A stretch of 64,000 bases of DNA from Eledone cirrhosa (lineage: Eukaryota), in the NCBI GenBank assembly GCA_964016885.1, contig OZ024741.1:138694001-138758000 (forward strand), written 5' to 3'. Below, piece after piece: positions 12,990-24,706 of the stretch. Made by a program: the position numbers and the translations under genes. Every line of letters begins with the position of its first letter. The first letter of the stretch is position 1. Below the pieces are notes generated by a model. It searched no databases. It was not told the DNA's origin and worked only from the letters and a program-made list of their open reading frames with translations.

Positions 12990-15900
12990 TTACAGACACA
13001 TACTCAGAGAAGGCCCATTCATTCGGGCCATACTTGCTTCTCTCACCCATCTTTCAACAAAATGCTGGGAAGAGAGCACTTCCCTCTCTACCCTGATTTT
13101 CCTTTTCAAATGAAATTTGAAAAAGTTAATCAGGGCATCACCGAAGAGGTAAGTGCTCGTATTCAGCCCTTTCAAACGTGTCCACTATACTATCTCTTTC
13201 GCCATGGCCACCAGACAGATAAAAACTGCCTTCCCTTCCCGGCTAAAGGAAGAGGGCGGGGCAATCCTCACGATGGACTCAGCTGTTAGCTGGATCCGTC
13301 CTACACGTGACAGCAGGTGTTCGACATAAACCCACAAGTCAGCAATGCTCGGACACTGCACGAGTGCGTGCAGGACGGTTTCGTCGCCCTATACGCATCT
13401 CGGACATGCCCGGCTGACGGCACCTCCATGCCTGTAGAGTTTATCCCGAACTGGAAAAGCTCCCCGGTAGCACTGCCAGGCCAGGGATTTCTGGAAGTTG
13501 TCCATAGGCCCAGGCCCGAAAGTTCTTCCGATGAGATTGGCTAGTTGATTTTCGCCGACGCCTAGAGTTTCCTCAAGTACGTCGTCGCTCTTCCACTCCA
13601 CTAATCCTGTATAGAACGCAAAGATGGGGTTCCACCGATCACATTGCCCGATTGGTCGAGGGCTGTGAGCGCCTGAAGACATTCCAGTCTCCAAGCGCTC
13701 CCACTCGGTCTTCGCTTGACCCAGTACTGCAGCTCCGTCAAGGAGAGGATCTGGGGAAAGACGCGTCTAGCAAACGGCGACCACACCTGATCAACTTCGA
13801 GGAAGAGGTGGAGAGGTCGTAGCCTGAGCGCGTGTCTACGCATCATCAGCTACGGCATTCCCAGCCCTCCAGGTAGCGGGTGTTTACAGCAGATGGACCG
13901 CCTGACCATCGGAGCTCGTTTCTTCCACAAAAAGCGAAAGAGCAAACGCTCCAGCACAGTCAGGCGGGGCTTAACACAAGGTTCTACGGTCAGGCGGTAG
14001 TAGATGACGGACGCGATATACGCGTTAGCCACCTCCGCTCGGCCTTTCAGGGATAGCTTCCTCTCGGACCATTTCTGGGTGAGAGAAGCCACCCTGCTTG
14101 TCACCTCATCCCATTTTTTGTCCGTCTGGAGATCCGGACCGAACTAGACAATGAGAAATGTAACCGGTCCGTCCGTACAGCGCCTGACGACGCTGTTCGA
14201 CGGCATGGACCTGCTTCTCCAGGTGCTGAGATGCAGGCCTACTGACTTTTACTGGTTTATCATTGCTCCTGTCACCGCTTCGTATTCTCTTAGTGTAGTA
14301 CCGATTGCCTCGATGTGTTTGGCGTTCGACACAACTACGGTGACATCGTCCGCATATGCTGACACGGATCTTCCGCATCCTAGTTCGCGCGGGACGCTCC
14401 TCAACGTCTGCAGCTCGTGCAGTAAAGGCTCTAGATTCAATACGTACAAGAGGAACGAGAGTGCACATCCTTGGCGGACCGAGCGCATGATATTGAACGG
14501 TTCCGAAAGGTGACTGTTCACTCTCACCACAGAGCAGATTTCGCTGTGCATGTCAGCGATCCAGCCTCTGAAGACGGGCCCAAAGACAGCCGCCCTCAGG
14601 ACTGCCGCTAGGTAACGATGGTCGACCCTATCGAAAGCTTTCGACTGATCTAAATTGATCAAGGACCCACCCGTCCCAGGTTCCCTAACTACCCTCTCTA
14701 CGATGTACCGCATGAGGTGGAGGTTGTCGTGGATGGATCGGTAGGGAATGGCGCATGTCTGCACCTCTCCCACCAGACCACCAACAACAGGCGCCAACCT
14801 CTTTGCTAGCACCTTGGCCAAAATCTTGAACTCTGTGTTTAGCAGGGTTATGGGCCTAAAATTATCTATGTTAACCCTTTCTCAGCAGCGCCACAGCTCC
14901 TAGGCTCACAGAGCTTGGAATTCTCCCGTTATGTTGCTAGTTGCAGTAGACGTCCGCCAAGAGGCCTCCGAACAAGTCTGGCATTTATACGTAAAGTTCA
15001 AAGGGCAGACCATCCAAACCAGGCGATTTACCTCTTGTGGAGACAGTCATTGCCTCCCGTACATCAGCGGCTGTTAACGGCTTTTCGCAACCCTCCGCCT
15101 CAGTGGCCGAGAGCCGCGGCAGTCCGTCGAGGTAGACACTAAAGTCCATCCCTCGATCCGGCCCGCCGCTTCCCCCGAACAGCTGAGCGAAGTGTCGCTG
15201 AAAAGCTTCACACATTTGCCCGGGATCGAGTAGCATGCGCCCGTCGTGGTCCAACAAAGACCGGATCGTGGCTTTGTTGCCACGACGCGCCTCCGCCACT
15301 CGGACCCATTGAACGGCTTTCGTCCCCTCGTGTCTGAGAGCACGCACCCTAGCTCTGACAACGGAGCCTTCATGCTTTGCATTGAAGTATTGGTCAAGGG
15401 CCAATTTCGCCTCAAGTACGTCGGTCGTGATGCCTTTGCTAAGCGCCTCGTCTAATTTTCTAACTAGTTCTCTCTCTGCTCTATTTTTCTCTCTAGCTAA
15501 AGCCTTACTAAACCAAATGGACTCTGTTCTAATCGCTCTTTTCAGAGCAAACCACCACTTATTGTTGACGATGGCCCCCGTCAACGCCCGCTTAACTAGT
15601 TCGCTAATCCGGTCCCTGTAGGCCTTGCGCGCTCGTAAGGACGCGTTTAGCTTCCAGTAGCCGGGTCCTCGTCTATGAAGCCTATCTAAGTCAAGCACAC
15701 AGATCACGAATTTGTGGTCCGTGTAGCTGACTATCTTGAATTGTGGACAGCCTATGCCAGACCTATCTATTTCCCTACAAAATACTCTATCTAGATATGA
15801 TCTGGATTGCACGATATGGTTTGTCCAAGTCCACATTGGCACATTCGGGAAATCCAATCGGTACTTGTCAGACAATTCAAAATGCCTGAGCAGGTTGGTG

Positions 15901-16393
15901 AGGCTATTGCAACCTCCTCCCCTATCCGCTAATCCCACACAATCCAAGCGTGCATCTAAGATCCCGTTCCAGTCGCCCACTAATACTAAAGAGCGGGGTG
16001 TTCCTAGAAATGTCTCCAGACGCCGGAAGAAATCAGGCCGCCCTGCTCCTGTCGGGGCATAGACGGCCACTAGCCTGAAAGCTTGCCCTTCTCCGCTGGT
16101 CACATCCAGCACCACCAACTTACCTTCTGGGTCCAGGAAGATGGCCCGTATGCGAGATTCAAACCTCTCCGAAAAAGCACAGCCACTCCTCCCCCCGATT
16201 CTGGACGGCTGGGAGAGGCGTACACATCGTAGCCGCCGAAGATCGGTGCGAAGGACCGTGCTTCGGAGATTCTGGTCTCGCTGATGGCCACTACATCTAT
16301 GTTTAGTGACCTGAGGTCGTTGAGCAGGTGGCCCTCCTTCCATGACGACCCCAAGCGACGCGCATTTACGCTGCCTATTCTGAGTGAGGTCAT
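12990..16393 (-). pseudogene. LINE ORF2 (apurinic endonuclease + reverse transcriptase + zinc-binding C-terminus), frameshifted
   Basis: MTSLRIGSVNARRL...ISET, AVYAPT, VGDWN, SYLDR, YTDH (APE); KSPGLDG, NFRPITLLNTEFK, LDQSKAFDRV, VRQGCALS, YADD (RT); CPRC near 13400. Several frameshifts and stops. Confidence 0.92.
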
Positions 16394-16427
16394 GTTGAAA
16401 TGGAATGGAAAAGATGGGAAAGACCAC

Positions 16428-18580
16428 TTACCTTACTTCTTCTGGCAGAGGAAGGATGGTTTTACCATACCTTTTCACTTGATCGGCTGGTGAAGGGACC
16501 GTTGAATCGCCCCTTCGGCTGGTCGTCGGCTCTTCTGTGAGTATAACCGAATATACCCTCCGGTTCAGTGTCCCTGCTAGGTCTCTGAAATCAACAACTG
16601 CGTTGGGGAATTTCGTTTTAATGTTTATGTATTGTTTCTGTGCTATTTTTACCAGTCTTATGTTCGTTGGTGTTTTGATTGGTGCTGGTATTATGTAGTC
16701 GTGCTGTGAAATGTCTGTGTGTTCAATTATGTAAGTCATTAATTTCTTTTGTGTATTTATTGCTGTGCATTTGTTTTTCTGGGGATGGGGTGTGGTACTG
16801 CTATTTTCTTGTCGTTGTTGCTGGGCGTGTGTGTTTTGTTGTGCTTGCGATGTTGGTGCTTGTGGTGGTGGTGTTGAAGGTGTTGTTGTTGTTGGCGGTG
16901 GAGTTGCCACCGGTGGTGATGGTGGTGCTAGTGTGGGTGGTGATGGTGTTGGTGGTGTTGCTGCTGTAAATCTTTTTGCAGTAGCCTTTACCCTTTTTTC
17001 GTTTCTTTCTTCCCTTTTCGAAGGCGACGATGCGCTGCTTCTGCGTTTGTGCCTTCTTGCGACCTGTTGCCATTCCTCTCCCACCTCACACTCCATGTCC
17101 GATTCTGTGAGGTCGGGGAGGGGTACCAGTTCCACTCTTTCACTTGTTGTTGTTGGTGATGTTTGCAGTGGAGTCTCTGTTGCAGCAGCAGTTGGTATTG
17201 CTGTTGTTGTTGTTAATACTTCCACTGCTGCTGCTGTTCTTGATTTCCGTGACATGGGTATGGGTGACACGGACCTATCCTTCCTGGTTGCCGTCTTACC
17301 TGTTGCTGGTAGCAGTGGAGCCGGTTTCGGAAGGAGTGGGGTTTTCTCCTTTCTCAGGGTGTTCTCATTGCAGAAGGCCCTGAGGTGAGTCTTCGATCCA
17401 CAGCGAAAGCATTTCGGGCGTTTGCCCTCAACACTTATGGGCAGTTGAGTGCCGTTATCGAAGTCTATCACATCCGGGATAGCTTCGATGCACGCCTGGT
17501 TGGTTTGGATTAACATCTCAATGGAGGTGCCGACCCAATCTTCTCGTACTTTTTTCTGTACTTGCAGTACAGTTGTTTCGTCCTCGATTCCGACGAGGAC
17601 AGACGCAGCCAGCCAAGAAGGGGTCATCCTGGGGGAGATGTGGGTGTGTTTGACCCTCACAATGTTTTGCCCGCAGTAGGAGGGCATCAACACTATTTCC
17701 TCGCACCTTAGGGTCACTAAGGATTGACCTTTGCCTCCTGGGGTGTAGCAAAAAGCACGTCCACGGTGGCATATTGCTTGCCACAGTGATATGCGTTTTC
17801 CGCTGCCACACAGACCCTAAGGCATTTTGTATTTGAGCCTCTCTGGATCTTTCAACCCTACGGGATTTTCTGCTTACTGTACGGTACGTGACCGTACAGT
17901 GCTGTTTAGTTTTGAAACAATTTTCGGCTGCCTTGCAGATTGCTCGGTGTCCGGTTTTCGTCACCATCTTTGTTTCCTGTAATTCCTCACTTGTTATAAG
18001 GATGGTTTCCAGGTTCTTTGCGATACCTGCAAACGAGATTGGTTTTTCTTTCTTGTTGTTGTTGTCGTCAGAGCCGCTGTTACTTTGGTGGTTGTTGCTG
18101 GTTCTACGACCGCCGCCGCCGCTGTTGCTGTGGTTGTTGTTGTTGTTGCTTCTGCTGCTGCTGCTGCTGCTGTTGTTGTTGCTGTTGCCCCTGCTGCTGT
18201 TGTTGTTTATACTCCTGCTGATGTTGTTGCGGCTGCTACTAGTGTATTCCTTGTCACTGTTGCTGCTGCTGCTGGTATTACGGCTGCTACTGCTATTCTT
18301 CATGACGTCAGACGAATCAAATGGCTTTCCGTATTTACCGCACACATTTTTCGTCGTTGTTGCCGTCGTGGAGAAATGTTCCACGGTATGCACGTGCTCT
18401 TGGTGAAAGCTATCAGAAACTATATTTTTTATTTTTCTTTAATGGCGTCGTTTGCGAAAGAGTCGACACCACATTTATAGAAGGGAGGGAGAGAGACAAT
18501 CTTCTCTCTGATGTAGTGACGATTGAGGAAGAAGACGAAATGAGTGGGAGTGCCTTGTGAAAATTCTTTTTTGTAGCCAT
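16428..18580 (-). pseudogene. LINE ORF1 (gag-like, single CCHC zinc knuckle, low-complexity N/S and P/T tracts), frameshifted
   Basis: CFRCGSKTHLRAFC in ORF 16428-17717; upstream pieces in other frames; probable ATG at 18580 (aaaacATGGCT). Confidence 0.8.
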
Positions 18581-18841
18581 GTTTTGGGGGGTTTAAAATG
18601 AATATTGGACACAAATCCCAAATAAGCGGTTATGTTACCCCTAAGAGCCAAATAACGGGCAGAAAGACCCCTCTCGCATCGCAAGGAGGAGGGTGTTTTT
18701 ATCTACAATTTGGTTAAAGTTTTAAACAATTTACAATTGTTATAGCGGTTAAACATTACTATACCTTACAGAGCCGAGCCTCCGTCAACCATTGCATTCA
18801 ATAATAATAATAATAATGATAATAATTATAATAATGATCAT

Positions 18842-19625
18842 GATTTCTCCATTAACAACAAAAGGTTTACATCAAGAAAAAACTTATGATGACACAGGAG
18901 GGAAACATAGTGTGTTGGGTGTGAGTTTTGCGTGTAACAATATTTGACTATGTTAAAAGAGGGAAGATAACAATAAAATTAAAACAAAACAAGTTACTTA
19001 CTAGATAGGAGACGCTCGAGTGTCACACGCGGAAAAAAAGCCATGAAACCACGTTACGTGCCTTGTCCCAGTTGCTCTTCTCCAAGCTCACACTCAAAAT
19101 GTGCCCATTCACTCGAGCCATATTCCCCCCTCATTAACATGCTTTGAAAGCAGCACCTTCCCACCTTGATTTTCTCTTCCAGTGAAACCTAAAGTAGTTA
19201 ATAAGGGCTTCGCCAAAGAGGAAATTACTCGTCTTCATCTCTTTCAAGCGTGTTCACCATACACAATCTTTCGCCATGGCCACAAGTCAGATAAAATTGG
19301 TCTGCCCTCCTTGGCTAAACAAAGCCAGCAGAACAAACTTCAAAATGAACATGGTTAATAATCGGATTTGTCCTACACGTGATAGCAGGTGTTAGATATT
19401 ATCCCACAAGTCAGCAATGTAAGGACACTGTACGATTGCGTGCAGTACGGTTTCGTCGCCTTGCGCCCATCTTGGACAGTCCCAACTGACGGCACTTCCA
19501 TACTTGTAGAGTTTATCTCGAACAGGCAAAGCTCGTCGGTAGCACTGCCAGGATAGGTATTTAATGGGCCGTGGGCCGAGAGTCCAGCCGAAAATAGTGG
19601 CTAGTTGATTTTTGTCGGTGTTTTT
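18842..19625 (-). mobile_element. Tx1/L1-like LINE copy C: older, 5'-truncated 3' end
   Basis: Diverged copy of 12745-13560 (e.g. 'cccacaagtcagcaatg', 'cggtttcgtcgcc', 'ggtagcactgccagg' shared). Confidence 0.88.
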
Positions 19626-20450
19626 AAAGCGATGTTTTTAATAATTTTAAAGCGTTGTATTTACAGATTAGATTTGATCTCATTCCGAAATATCTTCTAT
19701 CATTTCCTCGTGCACTTTATTATTCAACGCACATACTAAGTAGAATATTACTGAATCAGTAGCTCAAATGAAGCAAAATAATCCCGACACTAAACCTGCA
19801 ACACTCAATCTCACACAATATATATTATATATATCACGCAATAAAATAACACATCCCTTGATAACTGATACTTGACACGGCAACTCCAATAAACTATTAC
19901 AGCCAACATACTAAACAATCTCAACACAGGCCACATAACGCAAAACCGACAACAAGGCATATATCACTGATTACACTGTCCACCTGAACATTATCCTCAA
20001 CCCAATAAAATAACGCAACTGACATTACACATACTGTTCAGAAGAGACCAATCATTTAGGGGAAAGCCTTAGATATATATGCTGAGACACGACAGAAATG
20101 TAGACAGTGAGAAGAGAAGAACAGTTAGAAGAAGAATAGTATGTATGGGAACGATGGAATACATTTTTTAGGGGTGGGGATAATTACGAAAGAAAAATAA
20201 ACAGTGGAACAAGGCTGAAGAATGTAAACCAAAGAGAAACAAATAACTCTACCGTTGCAATAACATCACCATTTTCCTTCTAACCAACATGATTACGTGC
20301 TTATAAAAGGAAGAAGCATGTATTTAAGGCTAGTTCGCACAACAGAATCAAACTTTATGTTGTTATGACTTTCGGATAAAGAGTACATACGTTTAATATT
20401 CCTACAATTTTATAAATATTCTTATACACGAATCACTTCAATCCTTTTCA

Positions 20451-20519
<69 letters not shown>

Positions 20520-20568
20520 AAGATGAATATAAAATGAAAGTGCTTTTTTTAAAAAAAAGGAATCTATT

Positions 20569-20669
20569 AGGTATTGACATATGTTTCTGTAACAGACGGA
20601 ATAGCTATGTATCGCTGCTTCGTAATCATATAATGTAACGATATATTATCACTACATTATTGATAACCT
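20569..20669 (-). ncRNA. decayed hammerhead ribozyme remnant between (TA)n tracts
   Basis: GAAACATATGTC (palindromic stem III + GUC) followed by aatacct; the upstream core is degenerate. Confidence 0.35.
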
Positions 20670-20671
20670 GA

Positions 20672-20711
<40 letters not shown>

Positions 20712-20713
<2 letters not shown>

Positions 20714-21355
20714 CAGCTCCATTATTATTATATTTTCACATATATTTTTTCCTCCGCTGCCACCAGTCTGTTTCATTCTTTGTGTCTTTACCCTTTCTAG
20801 CAGTCTCTCTCTCTCTGTTAGCCTCTTCCTCACCTTTCACTCACTCACTCTCTGTCACTACCTCTCCTCCTCCCCTTTCTTCCCATTTGACCTGTCCGTA
20901 ATCCTTTTCTCGCGGGCACTTGGCCAAGCCGGTATGAATTTTTTTTTCTCTCTCTCTTGTCTGTGACTTCACAGAACTTATGTTTACCGAATTCGCAGAC
21001 CAGACCCCTTTTTCCTCCCGTTAGACCTGTGCGAAATTCCTTCCTTGCTCACATTTCAACCAGGTTTGATGGTCTTTATTCTCTCGTTCACGATTCCACC
21101 GAATTTATATTCATAGAAATCTGGGACTTGTTTCTTTCTTCTTCATCACTTTCTGTTGCTTAAACCATTTTGTTTGTTTACCCTAGCGTCCCCTTTATTT
21201 ACGTGTCCCAACAACTTTTTTTAGCCGTTGCTCGCACCAACCTGAGGTATATGGCCTTTAATGCTACGACATGCCTACGGCGGTTGGAAGGCCACTGATG
21301 AGGACAAACTTTTTCATATGTAACCCATTTGCAGCGCCGCAGCTCCATTATTATC
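20712..21355. mobile_element. non-coding element bracketed by 17-bp direct repeats within (TA)n (probable PLE terminal-repeat fragment)
   Basis: cgcagctccattattat at 20712 and 21338; CTGATGA at 21295. Confidence 0.45.
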
Positions 21356-21433
<78 letters not shown>

Positions 21434-21444
21434 TATATATATAT

Positions 21445-22570
21445 ATTGGGTTAAAATGTTATCGTTATAGGTAATCCAGTTAGAGGTTGTGAGTACTCTG
21501 CGTCGAGGATAGTTTTAACGTACGGCTTTGTTGAACTCAACAAGATGTTTCCATAGTTAGGCAGCGATTTCGCGGTAATTCCTATGCAGGTTCTACTTGG
21601 AGTAATAATACTGAAAGAATGAAGAGTAACATGGTTGGCTATACAACAAGGGGCTTTATTTCAGGTATTGACAATTGTTTCATTGATCAGGTGAGTCTAG
21701 AGGTCGCTAATCGCTCGAAGTTGCGTCACTCCATTACATTATTTACCTCTGACCAACTCATCAGAATACAAAACCAATTCGCTCAAGGCAAGTTATATAT
21801 AGAGAAATAGCGTATAATCAAAACAATAACTTCAAGAATAAAATATATATGATAAATAGGTAGAGAAGTTACAGATGTAAAAATAAAAAAGTAAAAGATA
21901 AGAAAAAGTATACAGTAAGAAAGTAAGAAAATGGAAAAATATAAAGAAATAAGGATAAGTGAGAGCATGTAAGTACATAATATGATAGTGGTGGTGAGTA
22001 AGTGTTCGTATAAGGATTCTGTGGTGGGTTTAGTGCTAACATGAAAATGCATACTCGAAACATACATAGATACGTATAGAGAGCATGATGCAGGGACATA
22101 TAAAAGAAAAAGCAATAAATTAGAGATTAATTGAGAGATACTAGTATGAGCGTTAAGGGCTAAGGGTGGATGGTGAAGGGAGGTTTGACAAATGTGTGTG
22201 GTAACGGTTTTGCTGATTTTCTTGTCTTAATGGGGTTGATGCTGTTTCAGGGAGAGAGGGTGAAAGAGATTTAAAGAGATTTATGATCTAGTGACCAGTT
22301 GGCCGTTTGACAGCTAATAGCGGTGTGATGGTGTGTATTATATACGTTAAAATCCAGTGGTTCAGTGCTAATTTTGAGGTTGCTGGCTCGAATCAGGGTG
22401 GTTTGAAATTTTTGAAATTGGTAGCTTGACATTTTATACCTACAGAAAATTGATCTTTCTATATTGCTGTTAAGCAGCATCTCATCGCGCCTTAAAATAT
22501 GGAATAACTCCATACTACAAAGTCCGCAGTGGGATATCCCTTTGTTGTAGGCCATTAATCGCTTGTATAC
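21445..22570 (-). mobile_element. Penelope-like element 3' end (GIY-YIG C-terminus + 3' UTR/pLTR with hammerhead)
   Basis: 'YNKGISHCGLCSMELFHIL..DEMLLNSNIERSIFCRYK' resembles the C-terminal CxLC...LLN...CRH motif of PLE (Naiad-like) endonucleases; HHR downstream. Confidence 0.65.
21665..21769 (-). ncRNA. type I hammerhead ribozyme with long stem II
   Basis: gtatt-CTGATGA-gttggtcag[58 nt]ctgatcaat-GAAA-caattg-TC-aatac; all three stems pair by hand. Confidence 0.8.
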
Positions 22571-22589
22571 AGGATGCTGACTGGCAAGT

Positions 22590-22688
22590 CTGCTGATATG
22601 CAAATCTGGCTGATCAGTGGATCTGCAAATATGTAGATTTGACTGATCAGCCAGTCCGCTAATATGCAAATCAGCCCCATCAGTCACT
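22590..22688 (+). repeat. 3x 33-bp tandem repeat containing the octamer ATGCAAAT
   Basis: ATGCAAAT at 22598 and 22664; degenerate ATGTAGAT at 22631. Confidence 0.8.
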
Positions 22689-22747
22689 GTATATTTTAGA
22701 AAATATCATATATTTTCACTAGCTCTGACAGTTGGCAGGTGAACAAT

Positions 22748-22797
22748 GAATTGTACTGATGAAGGGTAATATCCAAAAACATTAGTGTCTGCAGTTC
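22748..22797 (+). ncRNA. type I minimal hammerhead ribozyme (G12A, likely inactive)
   Basis: gaattgta-CTGATGA-agggtaatatcca-AAAA-cattagtg-TC-tgcagttc; stem I has 8 bp. Confidence 0.65.
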
Positions 22798-23053
22798 TGT
22801 TTACATGCCAACACAAGTGCAAGGATGAGGGGCTCATTCTACTGACATGGCTTTAAAAAAGAGGCTGCTTGCATAATTGCAAACGAATCGAATATTATTA
22901 TTAATAATAAAGAAAACTCAGATTACGTTTATGTATATATATATATATCCAAGAAGTCTAACGTGAAGTTACTATAGGTTCACCCAGGTGAGCAATCGAT
23001 GTTTAGATTCATGATGGAGCCAGGTGTAGAGCTAAATCGAGTGTAAATATAAT

Positions 23054-23229
23054 AATTGTTTCTACCTTAGGAACAATTACCCAGTACATTACTGGCACTT
23101 TTTTTTATCAACCCCGTAAGGATGAAAGGCAAAGTTAACCTCGGCGGGATTTGAACTCAGACTGTAAACGGACGTAACTATGAAAGCATGGCGTCCAACC
23201 CTCTACCGATACTGCCAATTCACCGCCCT
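23054..23229 (-). mobile_element. tRNA-derived SINE with a 12-bp TSD
   Basis: TSD tgtaaatataat at 23042-23053 and 23230-23241. Confidence 0.9.
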
Positions 23230-23297
23230 TGTAAATATAATTATGCAAGGAGGTAATGCGTTCATTACGTTTGGTTTATCCTGTCATTACAACAAGC

Positions 23298-23458
23298 AGA
23301 AGTCCGACGAGCTTTTTTATTCCAGAGTCGGGCCAGATCAATACAAATCAAACCTTGAGCTGATCAATAGCGAAACGCGCGTCACCAATCAATAACCGTA
23401 ATGATGGCATACCAAATTGTCCTTCTTGTGCCTAAAGTATCGATCTGGCCCGACTGTG

Positions 23459-23463
<5 letters not shown>
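23298..23463 (+). mobile_element. hammerhead-like PLE terminal fragment with an internal inverted repeat (second copy 30624-30707, minus)
   Basis: CCGACGA-gctt...tagc-GAAACGCGCGTC; 23318-23344 is inverted at 23437-23463, next to (TA)n. Confidence 0.5.
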
Positions 23464-23510
<47 letters not shown>

Positions 23511-24625
23511 ATATATATATAAGGCAGAAATACTGCTACTTTGTTAATTTGTATTATTTCGATTTCTAAAATTAAATTATAGACACGTGCTAAATACACT
23601 TGCAATATACACTAAATACAGAGACGCACACAAAGCACGGATGCTCACTAAATTCGCTCACACACTAATCACAAAGACAAAGTATATACAGGGGTTATCA
23701 TTAAATATACAGGCACACTAAACACAAGTGTATAGACTAAAAGCCGTGATACATACTATATATATATGCACGCACAATAGAGTTACACACATTATATACA
23801 TGCGTTCTTATATCAAAGATTCTGACATGCACCAAATACACATACACGAAATACTCCTTCACAATATTTAAAACACATGAAACGCACATACCCATCCAAG
23901 CCACATCCCCATGTTTCATACACAAAAAAAACACCCGCAGCACCGCCCTCACACACATAGATAGACAGGAACAAAAGTGTTTAAAACCCGCCCATACTTT
24001 AGAAGCACAACGGACAGGGGTGGAGCAGTGCAGAAAATAGTGGAGCACTCGTGACGTTTAGTCACATGCCGACCATCTAACACTTAATACACAAGACCAT
24101 TTAATCTTAAAAGAAAATTAGAAAAGTGTCAAATGTATTTAAACACAAAGTATTAGCTTAAGCTGGAGATTTAATGCAATACAACTCAATACCGTTAATG
24201 CAATTTTATGCGTTAACCATCCAACTTGGATTTCCTTGTGTAATCGACTTTGGAGATTAAGGAAAATAAATCAAAGAATATATCAATCACTATTCTAGGA
24301 TAAAGTATTGAAAAAGCACCAGAAGAGAGAAAAATGGGAACCATGAGTTTTTTCGTTGCTAACATCGATAAGTATTATCAATAATCTGTTAAGGAAACGG
24401 CAGAAAAACAATCTAAACCGAAATCTCGTAGACATCATGGGGTCTTGGGGATAATATACAATGTATTCATCCATCACACTAACAAATAATCAAACACACA
24501 CACACACACAAACATATATATATGTGTGTGTGCGAGTGTGCGTGTGCGTGTGTGTATGCAAATATGTATGCATATATATAATATTGATGATTTTATATTA
24601 AGTTAATCACTCTCTTTATCTCAGC

Positions 24626-24706
<81 letters not shown>

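Larger units (their letters stand above)
12745..18799 (-). mobile_element. near full-length L1/Tx1-clade non-LTR retrotransposon (copy B), flanked by (TAA)n on both sides
   Basis: 5' UTR, ORF1 with CCHC knuckle, ORF2 APE+RT+C-terminal Cys motif, and a 3' UTR ending 'aataaagaaaac' followed by (ATT)n. Confidence 0.92.

Noticed and set aside
11943-18480. Hydrophobic plus-strand ORFs (e.g. 12068-12457, 16765-17388, 17888-18406) resembling membrane proteins
   Set aside because: They are antisense shadows of the low-complexity LINE ORF1.
21290-21340. CTGATGA at 21295 as a hammerhead
   Set aside because: No matching stem II/GAAA/stem III could be found.
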